The translations under genes were made by a program, and so were the position numbers. A stretch of 61,608 nt of DNA, from positions 1 to 61,608 of the IMG/VR virus record IMGVR_UViG_3300025120_000048. One strand, 5' to 3'. Position 1 is the stretch's first letter. Each line of letters begins with the position of its first letter. The notes beneath the pieces are model-generated. The model searched no databases and had not been told where the DNA came from. It saw only the letters and a list, made by a program, of their open reading frames with translations. Of the stretch, positions 1 through 9,038 are shown in pieces. This DNA is from a virus. Lineage: Duplodnaviria > Caudoviricetes.

Positions 1-2
1 CA

Positions 3-176
3 GTTGAAACTCCTGAACGAGCAAAAATTTGGAGAGATAGTGAATTAAAAGGATCTGATTATATAGTTCCATTAACTGACCATCCTGATCATGCAGCAAC
101 TATAACATATAGACAAGAATTAAGAGACTGGCCATCTACAGATGCCTTTCCAGACACTAAACCTATAAAACCTTAA
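3..176 (+). CDS. 3' part of a tail-fibre assembly chaperone-like protein (truncated by window edge)
   Basis: Manual translation ...WRDSELKGSDYIV...YRQELRDWP...FP...P*; this R-x3-L-x2-SD...YRQ-x-LRD-x-P pattern is typical of phage tail-fibre assembly proteins. Confidence 0.7.
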   Translation, partial: VETPERAKIWRDSELKGSDYIVPLTDHPDHAATITYRQELRDWPSTDAFPDTKPIKP

Positions 177-178
177 TT

Positions 179-565
179 ATGGCATTAACTAAAGTAAACA
201 CAGGAGTAATAGCTGATGATGCTGTCACTAGTGTTAAGGTTGGTACTGAGTTTACAACAGCATCTGCTTTGACAGCAGCTGCTACTATAAATGTGGATTA
301 TACAACAGCTCAAGTATTTACATTAACACCTAACGCTAATACAACATTAAATATTACAAACCCCGTTATTGGAGTAGCTAAAACAATAATTGTAACTGGT
401 GCAGGTGGAACTTATACAGTAGCATATACAGTTGGTGGTGCTGCGGGTACATTTAATTTAATTGCAGGAGAATATGATGACACTTCAGCAAAAAAGAATT
501 TTATACAAATAACGTGTGTAAGTGCTACTGAATTTTGGTATTCAATTTCACAAATAGCAGTTTAA
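179..565 (+). CDS. Tail-fibre-associated structural protein
   Basis: MALTKV start, IADDAVTSVK motif, Thr/Ala-rich beta-like composition, fibre-module context. Confidence 0.55.
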   Translation: MALTKVNTGVIADDAVTSVKVGTEFTTASALTAAATINVDYTTAQVFTLTPNANTTLNITNPVIGVAKTIIVTGAGGTYTVAYTVGGAAGTFNLIAGEYDDTSAKKNFIQITCVSATEFWYSISQIAV

Positions 566-566
566 T

Positions 567-1496
567 ATGTTTGGACAAGGTTTAGTTTTTGGAGGAATTG
601 CCGGTGCTGCATCGACTTTAGTTGATTTTCTTGTTGTTGCCGGTGCGGGTACAGGTGGTTCAGGACATAGTCAATACTCATCGTTTTCAGCCGTTGGCGT
701 TTCCGCCGGAGGAGGTGGAGCCGGTGGTTTACGAACATCATACGGGTCAACATCTGGAGGTGGTGCGTCGGCGGAATCACAACTTGAATTTTCATCAGGA
801 ACAACATACACAATCACAGTCGGTGCGGGTGGTGCGGGTGGTTCTTCCCCCGGACCAATCAATGGAAATAATACATTAATATCCGGTTCAGATATAACAA
901 CAATCACTTCAACTGGTGGTGGTTGTGGTGCTAAGACACCAACCTTCAGTTCTTCACCAGCGGGAACAGGTGGTTCCGGTGGTGGTGGTGGTTATAATCA
1001 AATAACCGGAGGCGCGGCAACATCAAGTCCAACTCAAGGATTTGCCGGTGGAAATGGTAACGCTAATGCTGCATCCGGTGGAGGTGGTGGAGCCGGTCAA
1101 GTTGGAGAAAATGCCGGAAGTTATGCGTCCGGAGACGGCGGGGATGGTTTAGCAGTTTCAATTACTGGGTCGTCAATATTTTACGCTGCAGGTGGCGGTG
1201 GGGGAAGAGCATCAACCGGCGGAACTCGTGGTCTTGGTGGAAACGGAGGCGGTGGCGATGGTTCTAACATCCGATACCAAAATATGAATGGCGTCGGAAA
1301 TGGTAGCGTCAACACCGGAAGCGGTGGCGGTGGTGCTTTTGATAGCGATTTTCATTCCGGTGGCGGATCGGGTATTGTTATTTTAAGGGTACCAACCGCA
1401 GAATATTCCGGAACTACGACAGGAAGTCCTACAGTAACTACGGATGGATCTGATACAATTTTAAAATTTACAGGAAGCGGTTCTTATACACATTAA
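567..1496 (+). CDS. Glycine-rich tail-fibre/virion protein
   Basis: FLVVAG...GGGGAGG, YTITVGAGG, GGSGIVILR motifs typical of phage glycine-rich domains. Confidence 0.75.
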   Translation: MFGQGLVFGGIAGAASTLVDFLVVAGAGTGGSGHSQYSSFSAVGVSAGGGGAGGLRTSYGSTSGGGASAESQLEFSSGTTYTITVGAGGAGGSSPGPINGNNTLISGSDITTITSTGGGCGAKTPTFSSSPAGTGGSGGGGGYNQITGGAATSSPTQGFAGGNGNANAASGGGGGAGQVGENAGSYASGDGGDGLAVSITGSSIFYAAGGGGGRASTGGTRGLGGNGGGGDGSNIRYQNMNGVGNGSVNTGSGGGGAFDSDFHSGGGSGIVILRVPTAEYSGTTTGSPTVTTDGSDTILKFTGSGSYTH

Positions 1497-1497
1497 T

Positions 1498-1854
1498 ATG
1501 GCACATTTTGCAAAATTAGATTTAAACAATATTGTTACACAAGTTTTAGTAGTAAACAACGATGTTCTTTTAAATGCTGATAATACTGAAAGCGAATACA
1601 AAGGAAAGGTATTTTTAAATTCATTATTTGGAAACGCAACTTGGATACAAACTTCTTATAATGGAAACATAAGAAAACAATTTGCGGCAATTGGTTTTAA
1701 ATATGATTCAACAAATGATGTTTTTATTGTTCCACAACCTTTTGCAAGTTGGACACTTGATTTAAATCACGATTGGCAACCGCCTACACCTTATCCAACA
1801 GACGGGGAATTGTATAAATGGAATGAAGACAATCAATCTTGGGATTCAATCTAA
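1498..1854 (+). CDS. Conserved phage protein accompanying glycine-rich fibres
   Basis: MAHFAK...WIQTSYN...IRKQFA...F..PQPF.SW...W.PP pattern; directly follows the Gly-rich gene. Confidence 0.65.
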   Translation: MAHFAKLDLNNIVTQVLVVNNDVLLNADNTESEYKGKVFLNSLFGNATWIQTSYNGNIRKQFAAIGFKYDSTNDVFIVPQPFASWTLDLNHDWQPPTPYPTDGELYKWNEDNQSWDSI

Positions 1855-1872
1855 TGGAATACATACAAACAA

Positions 1873-1953
1873 ATAGCACCTACACCTAGTATAGTAGGCA
1901 CAGACTCAGTATTAATCTTTACAACTGGAACAGGAACAATAAAATTTAGCTAA
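1873..1953 (+). pseudogene. Orphan C-terminal remnant of a glycine-rich fibre gene
   Basis: Reads IAPTPSIVGTDSVLIFTTGTGTIKFS* with no ATG; resembles the end of 567..1496 (PTVTTDGSDTILKFTGSGSYTH). Confidence 0.45.
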
Positions 1954-1963
1954 AAACAATAAA

Positions 1964-2089
1964 ATGGCAGGAACAGTAGTAGAATCAACAAATGTAGATT
2001 CATCAATTATAAAAACAATAACATTAACACAAGCAGCATATGATGCATTAGGATCGTATAGTGCAAGTACAATATATATAACAACATAA
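1964..2089 (+). CDS. 41-aa fibre-associated microprotein
   Basis: Manual translation MAGTVVESTNVDSSIIKTITLTQAAYDALGSYSASTIYITT; A-rich start context; the motif recurs inside 55250..57637. Confidence 0.65.
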   Translation: MAGTVVESTNVDSSIIKTITLTQAAYDALGSYSASTIYITT

Positions 2090-2099
2090 AATATAAATA

Positions 2100-2966
2100 A
2101 TGGCAATATATTTAGGAGCAACAGAATTATCAACCGGCGGCGGTGGAGGCGGCGGTGGTGGCTTTACAAAAGAATATAATTTAAGAGGTAATATTGCACA
2201 AGGTCGAGTTTATCCTTTTGGATATACAGGTGGCAATACAGCTATTACTATTGATCAAGCTAATACAACCGCTTTAGCTAATGGAACTAAATGTACTCTT
2301 TGGTTTGGTTATCCTATTACAGATGGGCCTTATATTATACAAAAAACAGGTAGTTCTGGAGGAAATTACAACAATTTTGATTTTGTGAGTACTCCACCGA
2401 GTACCACACATAATAATAATACTGTTACTATTTGTAATATTAATACAGATATAGCAGTTAATCCAGCTACAGATTTAGGTTTAGTAGATGGCGCTTCAAT
2501 TGGTTATTTTATAATTGGAGGAGGAGCAAACGGATATGATCCTACCAATCAATCAGGAAGTGCTGGAGGAGGAGGTAATGGAGGAAGATTTACAAGTGGG
2601 ACATTAACTATAGCTACAGCATCAACAAATTTAGTACTAACATGTGGTAATGGTGGTGGAAGATCTCTTAGTGAAGGTAATTCTACAATTGTTTATGGAA
2701 GCACTACACTTTCAACTTCTGGATTTCCTTTTGGAAAAGGAGCATTTCGAACAGATGGATATGGTAACAGTTCGTGGCGTTTAGCTGAAGGTTTTCAAGG
2801 AGTTAATGGCTACGGAATGGGAGGAGGAGCTGGTAATAATATATATGATGTAGGAGGTGTGGGACCCGGTTTTCCTCAAGGTTATGGCTCTGGTGGAGCT
2901 TGTAGCACGTCAACGGCATTTGCAAATCATGGTGGCGGTGCCGGATCAGTAATTTTATATTACTAA
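2100..2966 (+). CDS. Glycine-rich tail-fibre/virion protein
   Basis: MAIYLG start, poly-Gly, IIGGG...GGGGNGG, C-terminal GGGAGSVILYY. Confidence 0.7.
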   Translation: MAIYLGATELSTGGGGGGGGGFTKEYNLRGNIAQGRVYPFGYTGGNTAITIDQANTTALANGTKCTLWFGYPITDGPYIIQKTGSSGGNYNNFDFVSTPPSTTHNNNTVTICNINTDIAVNPATDLGLVDGASIGYFIIGGGANGYDPTNQSGSAGGGGNGGRFTSGTLTIATASTNLVLTCGNGGGRSLSEGNSTIVYGSTTLSTSGFPFGKGAFRTDGYGNSSWRLAEGFQGVNGYGMGGGAGNNIYDVGGVGPGFPQGYGSGGACSTSTAFANHGGGAGSVILYY

Positions 2967-3069
2967 AAAATAAAAAAAACAAGTAATAATATATTATAAA
3001 CCAATATGCTAAAGAAAGCTTACCTTTGGCATTATAATAATTTGTGTAAGCTAAAAAACCAATACCAAA

Positions 3070-3360
3070 ATGACACTATATTACCGGACTAGTACGTGGA
3101 ATAGTCAACCACAAATTTCAGAAGAAACCAAAAACCTTTGGAAGCACATCGCTGATAAAGAAAATTGGCGTATAACCCAATTACCAAACGGATTTTTTCA
3201 AACTGAATATCAAGATTTTAAAATAGATACTGATTGGAATGATGTAACTAGAAGAGAAACATTAGAAGGAGCTGAGGCTGCTATTGATGCTTCAATTGAA
3301 TATTACAAAAAGAAAATTGGTTATCTTGAAGGACCTAAAGTTGTAAAAACTTTCAAATAA
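3070..3360 (+). CDS. Hypothetical protein
   Basis: Clean ORF with AAAATG start context, upstream of groEL. Confidence 0.6.
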   Translation: MTLYYRTSTWNSQPQISEETKNLWKHIADKENWRITQLPNGFFQTEYQDFKIDTDWNDVTRRETLEGAEAAIDASIEYYKKKIGYLEGPKVVKTFK

Positions 3361-3387
3361 ATATTACTAATCAAATTTAATTAAATT

Positions 3388-4941
3388 ATGTCAGACGCAA
3401 TCGTCAAAAACCTTAGCTTTGGAAATGAAGCTAGGGAAAAAGTATTTGAAGGTATAAATAAACTCACTAATGCTGTCAGCTCTACATTAGGAGCTGGTGG
3501 TAAGTGCGTAATGCTGGAAGATGGATCAGGTAAACCTGTTATTACAAAAGATGGAGTAACTGTAGCAGATAGTATTATACTATTAGACCCAGTTGAAAAC
3601 ATGGGAGCAACACTTTTAAAAGAAGCAGCTCGCAAAACAGTTAAAGAAGCCGGAGATGGAACTACTACAGCTACCGTATTAGCTCATGCAATACTTCATG
3701 AAGCCTCTAAAATACATAAAAGTGTAAGTGTAAGAGATGTTAAATTTGGAATTGATTCAGCTCTTAAAAAGACTTTAAAATATTTAGATAAAATTAAAGT
3801 TCCTGTTAAAGGAAATATGATTGATCAAATAGCTACAATATCAACTAATAATGATTCTGATCTTGGTAAAATAATTGGTGATGCTTTTAGAGCAGTAGAT
3901 GAAACAGGTGTAGTTATGATGGAAATGTCATCACTTGCAGAAACAGAAATTGAAATTGTAGATGGTGTTCAATATGAAAAGGGATTAATAAACTCTCATT
4001 TTATAACAAGTAAAGAAAATAGAACAGCTGAATTAGAAAATCCGGAAGTTTTATTAATTGAATCACCAGTAGAAAATGTAAGACAAATACAAAGTATATT
4101 AGAATACGTTATAAAAAACAATAAACCTTTATTAATAGTAGCAGATATTGAGCAACCAGTTATAGCTGCTTTAGCCATGAATAAAGTAAAGGGTAATATA
4201 AAAGTTAATGTTATAAATGCTCCTACATATGGAATAACTAAAAAAGAAATGTTAACTGATTTAGCTATGTTAACGGGAGCAACAATAATTAATGAAGATT
4301 TAGGTGATGATTTAGATTTTATTAAACCAGAATTTTTAGGGACATGCTTAAAAAGTATTACAACAGATGAAGAAACTATAATTCAAGTTTCTGAACCTTC
4401 AGGAGAAGTTTTAAAATCTATAAAACAAATAAAAAAAGATTTAAATAAAAATAAACCTCCCGCTGAAATCATTAGATTAGAAAAACGTTTAGCTCGTTTA
4501 TCGGCTAAAATAGCAATAGTAAAAGTAGGTGCTAATTCAGATATAGAATTAAAAGAAAAATCAGATAGGGTTGAAGATGCAATATGTGCAACTAAAGCTG
4601 CAATAAAAGAAGGTATTGTTCCAGGTGGAGGTATAGCATTACATAACGCGGCTGATTCAATTAAAAATCCATCAACATCTGAAAAAATACTTATAAATGC
4701 AATTAAATATCCATATAAAACAATATTAAGTAATGCGGGTATTACATATGGACCATTTTTAGGTGAAGGTACTGGTATTAATGTAATAACAGGTAAAAGT
4801 TGTAATCTTATTAAAAGTGGTATTATAGATCCACTGCTAGTTACAAAAAGTGCATTATCAAATGCAGTATCTGTTGCAACTACAATATTATCTACAGATT
4901 GTGTAATCAATAATTTAAGAGTTGATGAAGGCAATAGGTAG
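3388..4941 (+). CDS. groEL: Phage chaperonin GroEL
   Basis: ITKDGVTVA, AGDGTTTATVLA, KVGA..E.KE..DRVEDA..AT.AA..EGIVPGGG, GIIDP motifs; lacks the GGM tail. Confidence 0.95.
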   Translation: MSDAIVKNLSFGNEAREKVFEGINKLTNAVSSTLGAGGKCVMLEDGSGKPVITKDGVTVADSIILLDPVENMGATLLKEAARKTVKEAGDGTTTATVLAHAILHEASKIHKSVSVRDVKFGIDSALKKTLKYLDKIKVPVKGNMIDQIATISTNNDSDLGKIIGDAFRAVDETGVVMMEMSSLAETEIEIVDGVQYEKGLINSHFITSKENRTAELENPEVLLIESPVENVRQIQSILEYVIKNNKPLLIVADIEQPVIAALAMNKVKGNIKVNVINAPTYGITKKEMLTDLAMLTGATIINEDLGDDLDFIKPEFLGTCLKSITTDEETIIQVSEPSGEVLKSIKQIKKDLNKNKPPAEIIRLEKRLARLSAKIAIVKVGANSDIELKEKSDRVEDAICATKAAIKEGIVPGGGIALHNAADSIKNPSTSEKILINAIKYPYKTILSNAGITYGPFLGEGTGINVITGKSCNLIKSGIIDPLLVTKSALSNAVSVATTILSTDCVINNLRVDEGNR

Positions 4942-5185
4942 AAATTTAATAATAAATAAGACAGCTAAAGAAATATCTAAAACAGAAGGAGGATTGCTTT
5001 TAGCGGATGCTCATAAAGATGATGTAAGATATATAGAAGCAGAAGTAATATCAGTAGGTGATGAAGTTGAAGGCATAAAACAAAAAGATAAAATATATTT
5101 TGATAAACATGCTGGACATATTATAGAAATAAACAAAACAGCTTATCATGTTATAAAATCTTCTGATATAGTTGTAGTGTTATGA
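4925..5185 (+). CDS. groES: Co-chaperonin GroES
   Basis: KTEGGLLL mobile loop, AEVISVG, DKIYF, SDIV; overlaps the groEL end. Confidence 0.85.
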   Translation: MKAIGRNLIINKTAKEISKTEGGLLLADAHKDDVRYIEAEVISVGDEVEGIKQKDKIYFDKHAGHIIEINKTAYHVIKSSDIVVVL

Positions 5186-5628
5186 AAAAGCTTGAGGCAA
5201 GTGAATTAAGAGATATAAACTTGCTAAAACATTATAGAATAATTCGAAAGTGGGCTTGTCGTAATAACAATTTAAATGATGCTGATTTAGAGCTTTTAAT
5301 TTATTTTGATTGCACTAAATTATTTACAAAACAAGATTATAAGATAGGTACGTACGCTTACAGCTGGGATAATAAGCGCTGGAACAGATTATTGAAAGAG
5401 AGTTGGATTGAAGTATGGAGACGTCGGAATCAAACTACTCAAAAGTATAACATATACAAAGTTTCATTTAAGTGTAAACAGCTAATAAGTAGAATGTACC
5501 GTATTATGCTTGGTGAAGAAGATATTCCTAGTAGTGAAAAAAGAAATTCAATTATGAGGGGTAAAACTTACACTGATATTGTTTTGCAAACTGCAATAAA
5601 AAATGTAAATAATGATAAAAATAGATAA
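5182..5628 (+). CDS. Hypothetical protein, possible winged-helix fold
   Basis: ATGA-coupled to groES; helix/wing pattern seen by eye only. Confidence 0.5.
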   Translation: MKKLEASELRDINLLKHYRIIRKWACRNNNLNDADLELLIYFDCTKLFTKQDYKIGTYAYSWDNKRWNRLLKESWIEVWRRRNQTTQKYNIYKVSFKCKQLISRMYRIMLGEEDIPSSEKRNSIMRGKTYTDIVLQTAIKNVNNDKNR

Positions 5629-5629
5629 T

Positions 5630-5872
5630 ATGAAAAAAGAAGAATCAGCATTTAGTTATTTAGGAGCTGTTGATCCTATGGGAACAACATTACCTTCTGC
5701 TGACTTACAAGGAATTATGCCAATTCCAGGACAAGCAAGTAGGGGTCCTGCTATGTCTCCCTCACCATTTACTCCTAGAGAAATGCAAACTGGAGCACAA
5801 ATATTTGGACAACCCATACCTAATTCATTTGATAGAGAAATACCAACAACAAATTTAAATAATACACAATGA
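5630..5872 (+). CDS. Small Pro-rich hypothetical protein
   Basis: Start moved to ATG 5630 (just after the upstream stop); SAF and SPF motifs. Confidence 0.55.
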   Translation: MKKEESAFSYLGAVDPMGTTLPSADLQGIMPIPGQASRGPAMSPSPFTPREMQTGAQIFGQPIPNSFDREIPTTNLNNTQ

Positions 5873-6141
5873 AAGAAGATAAAGCATACAATGCAGCATC
5901 AAAAAATAAAAAAGTAGGAATAGTAGGTGAATCACATATATGGGACGGGCCTTTAAGTCAAGACAATCGTCAGCACGCACCAGGTTCTAGTAGTGGTATT
6001 AATGGAATGGAAGTTTCTAAATATCCTACAAAAGCATATCCTGCAGGTACACCTATTACTTCAATAGCTCAAGCTAATAAAGGAGGAGATGCAAATGCCC
6101 TTAAGTCTGTAAAAAGATATACAGGTAATGCTAAATTTTAA
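5869..6141 (+). CDS. Small hypothetical protein
   Basis: ATGA overlap with the previous ORF. Confidence 0.6.
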   Translation: MKEDKAYNAASKNKKVGIVGESHIWDGPLSQDNRQHAPGSSSGINGMEVSKYPTKAYPAGTPITSIAQANKGGDANALKSVKRYTGNAKF

Positions 6142-6148
6142 ATCGACA

Positions 6149-6301
6149 ATGACGGATTTGAAGCTTTACATTATAAATGGTGCATCGCTGATGGTTTCAT
6201 TAATGAGCATCGACGCATATTTAAAAATAACTTTATTGCTTTTAACAATTGGTTATACTATTCATAAGTGGTATATTTTGAGTAAAAGCGCTAAAAAATA
6301 A
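6149..6301 (+). CDS. 50-aa membrane protein, possible holin
   Basis: Manual translation MTDLKLYIINGASLMVSLMSIDAYLKITLLLLTIGYTIHKWYILSKSAKK; hydrophobic with basic tail; immediately before the endolysin. Confidence 0.55.
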   Translation: MTDLKLYIINGASLMVSLMSIDAYLKITLLLLTIGYTIHKWYILSKSAKK

Positions 6302-6306
6302 GTAAT

Positions 6307-6774
6307 ATGAAAAGTAAGTATATTAGTGAACATATAACTTACAGTGAATCTATAAAATCCTCAACCGCAATACGAAAAGGTATTGAAAATATACCAACAG
6401 AATATCAAATGCAAAACATGAGCCAAGTAGCTGATAAAGTATTTGAACCACTACGCGAATGGGTTGGAGGACCAATTAAAGTAACTTCGTTTTTTCGCTG
6501 TGAAAAATTAAATAAAGCAATAGGAGGGAGTTCCCGGTCACAACATTGTGAAGGAAGAGCAATTGATGTAGATGATATATATAATTATAAATCTAATGCT
6601 GAAATGTTTCATTTTATAAAAGACAATTTAGATTTTGATCAATTAATATGGGAATATGGAGATTCTCATAATCCCGACTGGGTACATTTTAGTTTTATAT
6701 CAGAAATGGAAAATAGAAAAAGAATACTCCAAGCTTTTAGAATAGATGGTAAAACACAATATAAAATAATATAA
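6307..6774 (+). CDS. Peptidase M15-family endolysin
   Basis: TS.FR...N..IGG...SQH..G.AID and WVH zinc-ligand motifs. Confidence 0.85.
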   Translation: MKSKYISEHITYSESIKSSTAIRKGIENIPTEYQMQNMSQVADKVFEPLREWVGGPIKVTSFFRCEKLNKAIGGSSRSQHCEGRAIDVDDIYNYKSNAEMFHFIKDNLDFDQLIWEYGDSHNPDWVHFSFISEMENRKRILQAFRIDGKTQYKII

Positions 6775-7094
6775 TGCCGTACGTACAAACAAATTCACCA
6801 TTCCTTAAAAAATCAAAGCCCCCTGCTCCTTCAAAAAAGAAGTCATTAGGCTATTATAATAAAGCTAAGTCTACAGGTACAGGAGCTGCGGCTGGGGGAG
6901 GAATGTCTGAAAAAGGCGTTAAAAAATATAAAAGAGATAATCCAGGTAGCAAACTGCAAACGGCAGTTACTAAAGATCCTAAGAAAATTAAAAAAGGAAG
7001 TAAAGCTTGGAAAAGACGTAAATCATTTTGTGCTCGATCTAAAGGATGGAAATCTAAAAGAGGTAGAGCTGCACGACGTCGATGGAACTGCTAA
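6774..7094 (+). CDS. Basic conserved phage protein (RRKSFCAR type)
   Basis: GGMSEKG...NPGSKL...RRKSFCAR...RRWNC. Confidence 0.7.
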   Translation: MPYVQTNSPFLKKSKPPAPSKKKSLGYYNKAKSTGTGAAAGGGMSEKGVKKYKRDNPGSKLQTAVTKDPKKIKKGSKAWKRRKSFCARSKGWKSKRGRAARRRWNC

Positions 7095-7104
7095 AATAAA
7101 AATT

Positions 7105-7287
7105 ATGAAAAAATTTCCACAAATTAAAAAAGCAAACAGAGGTAAATTTACAACATGGGCAAAAGCTAATGGTTTTAAAGATGCTTGTTCTGCAGCTTCA
7201 GCAGTGATGAAAGCAAAAAAAGGTAAGTATAGTAAAGACGTTAGAGAAATGGCAAACTATGCAAATAACTTTGGTTGCAAAAAATAA
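7105..7287 (+). CDS. Small basic protein
   Basis: Start moved to ATG 7105 (AAATTATG context); NRGKFT...ANYA motif. Confidence 0.6.
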   Translation: MKKFPQIKKANRGKFTTWAKANGFKDACSAASAVMKAKKGKYSKDVREMANYANNFGCKK

Positions 7288-7308
7288 TTAATAATTAAAA
7301 TTAAACAA

Positions 7309-7521
7309 ATGGGAACTAAAATAACTAAAGGCAATGTACGTGCCGCAATGAGAGATGATAAAGCTCACATTGATTATTTAAAGAGAGATGTACTTGATGA
7401 TCAGCGTAAGGGTGGTAAATATAAAGATATTAATCAAACAGCTGATGAAAAACATATTTCAAAACTAGCAGGGGACATCAAGAGTGATGGATCTTTTTTA
7501 AGTAAACACATGAAACACTAA
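7309..7521 (+). CDS. Small hypothetical protein
   Basis: ORF with A-rich start context in a tightly packed operon. Confidence 0.6.
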   Translation: MGTKITKGNVRAAMRDDKAHIDYLKRDVLDDQRKGGKYKDINQTADEKHISKLAGDIKSDGSFLSKHMKH

Positions 7522-7525
7522 TATT

Positions 7526-7795
7526 ATGAAAAAAATGGGATACAATCAAAGCAAACACCCTTTAAGCATGAAGGGCGTAACAGATAATAATAAATTTGGA
7601 GCACCTTTAAATGGTAATGCCTTTGGAGGAAAAATGGCTGAATATAAAGCAAAAGGAATGAGCAAAGAAGCTGCTGCTAAACAAGCTGCGGCAGATTTAA
7701 AAGACATGCCTGTTGATAATAGAGGTTCTGCGCTTGCAAATCTTAACAAAGGTTACGGATCAAAAATGGGTAAACCTGCTAATTCAAAAAAATAA
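7526..7795 (+). CDS. Small basic protein
   Basis: Shares MP.DNR and SAL.NLNKGY motifs with neighbours. Confidence 0.6.
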   Translation: MKKMGYNQSKHPLSMKGVTDNNKFGAPLNGNAFGGKMAEYKAKGMSKEAAAKQAAADLKDMPVDNRGSALANLNKGYGSKMGKPANSKK

Positions 7796-7796
7796 C

Positions 7797-8537
7797 ATGA
7801 AAAAAAATTCAGCTCTTTTTAATCTTAATAAAGGTTATAAAACTCCCTTAGAAGTTGACGGATTAATTATAAAAGCTTTAAGAAGTATAGGTACTAAAGA
7901 AGTTGCAGATAAAGTGCAACAAAGAAGAAGAGCTTCTGGTAATCTTACTATGGCTGAATTAGCTGCTAAAAAAACGTCTACATCCAATAAAGCCAATTTA
8001 GGTCCTGTTGGATCTGCAAAAAATGATTTTGGTCCTATGACTGAAAAACAAGCTAACTATGCATCTAATCAGTTAAAACCACCAACTCAAATAAAATCTA
8101 TTGGAACAAGTGGTGTGCAAAATGATGGATCCGGAAATGAAGGATTTGGTATAGGCTCTTCAGCTAAAACAAAGCCGGCGGTAAAAACAAAACCAAAAGT
8201 AAAAGCAAGAAAGAAAGTTAAAGCTGTAAAAACTACTAACACTTATGCACAAAAAATTAAAACTGATGGACCAAAAGTTAAATCTGCAGAAGCAAAAGCT
8301 GATTTAAAAATTATGCCTATTGTTAAAGATGCAACAAATTCTAGAAAAAGTAGAAGATTAAAAAAGACTATTGCAAAAGCTAGTCAAGCAAGAGCTAAAG
8401 GTGAAAAAGCTATTAAAAATATTAAGTCTTCAAGTAGTACATCTGATATTGCTAAAAATCAATCAAAAGCACTTAAGCAAAGAAGAAAATATGATAGAAT
8501 GGCTAAAAGAGCAGAACGTATTGGAAAAAGAATGTAA
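7797..8537 (+). CDS. Lys-rich basic protein
   Basis: Start moved to ATG 7797 (MKKNSALFNLNKGY); very basic, low complexity. Confidence 0.6.
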   Translation: MKKNSALFNLNKGYKTPLEVDGLIIKALRSIGTKEVADKVQQRRRASGNLTMAELAAKKTSTSNKANLGPVGSAKNDFGPMTEKQANYASNQLKPPTQIKSIGTSGVQNDGSGNEGFGIGSSAKTKPAVKTKPKVKARKKVKAVKTTNTYAQKIKTDGPKVKSAEAKADLKIMPIVKDATNSRKSRRLKKTIAKASQARAKGEKAIKNIKSSSSTSDIAKNQSKALKQRRKYDRMAKRAERIGKRM

Positions 8538-8550
8538 TAAAAATAATTAA

Positions 8551-8733
8551 ATGAAATCAAGAGGATTAGGTGATACAGTAGAAAAAATTACTACTGCTAC
8601 AGGAATTAAAACAATTGTAGATAGAGTTTCAGAAGGATTAAACATTCCCTGTGGATGCAGTCATCGTAAAGAAGCATTAAATAAAATGTTCCCATATAAA
8701 CAACAACAAAAAAGTGGCATTCAGTTTGACTAA
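8551..8733 (+). CDS. Conserved small phage protein (GLGD...CGC type)
   Basis: GLGDTVEKIT...PCGC..RK..LN motif. Confidence 0.7.
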   Translation: MKSRGLGDTVEKITTATGIKTIVDRVSEGLNIPCGCSHRKEALNKMFPYKQQQKSGIQFD

Positions 8734-9028
8734 CCCCCCATATACTATTGATAACACTCCTATCTATAATGTAGATTTAGGTGACGGTGTTTTAGGTAAG
8801 GCTAATCGAAATGGTAGCATCTTAGTTAATAAAGATATTACTGATAAAGATCAGTTAAGAAATGTTATAAACCACGAGCAAGTTCATTTAGATCAAATGC
8901 GTCGTGGTGATTTAGATTATAATGATTCTGCAGTATTTTGGAAAGGTAAAACATATCCGCGCGCAACAATGAAAGAAGGTGCTTTAAATTTACCGTGGGA
9001 AAAAGAAGCGTACAATAAAACAACTTAA
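8714..9028 (+). CDS. Small zincin-like metallopeptidase
   Basis: HEQVH (HExxH) plus PWEKEAY third-ligand motif; GTG start. Confidence 0.7.
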   Translation: MAFSLTNPPYTIDNTPIYNVDLGDGVLGKANRNGSILVNKDITDKDQLRNVINHEQVHLDQMRRGDLDYNDSAVFWKGKTYPRATMKEGALNLPWEKEAYNKTT

Positions 9029-9038
9029 TATAAACAAA

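Noticed and set aside
4383-4934. Antisense ORFs over groEL and other long genes
   Set aside because: Explained by codon bias of the sense gene; no independent signals
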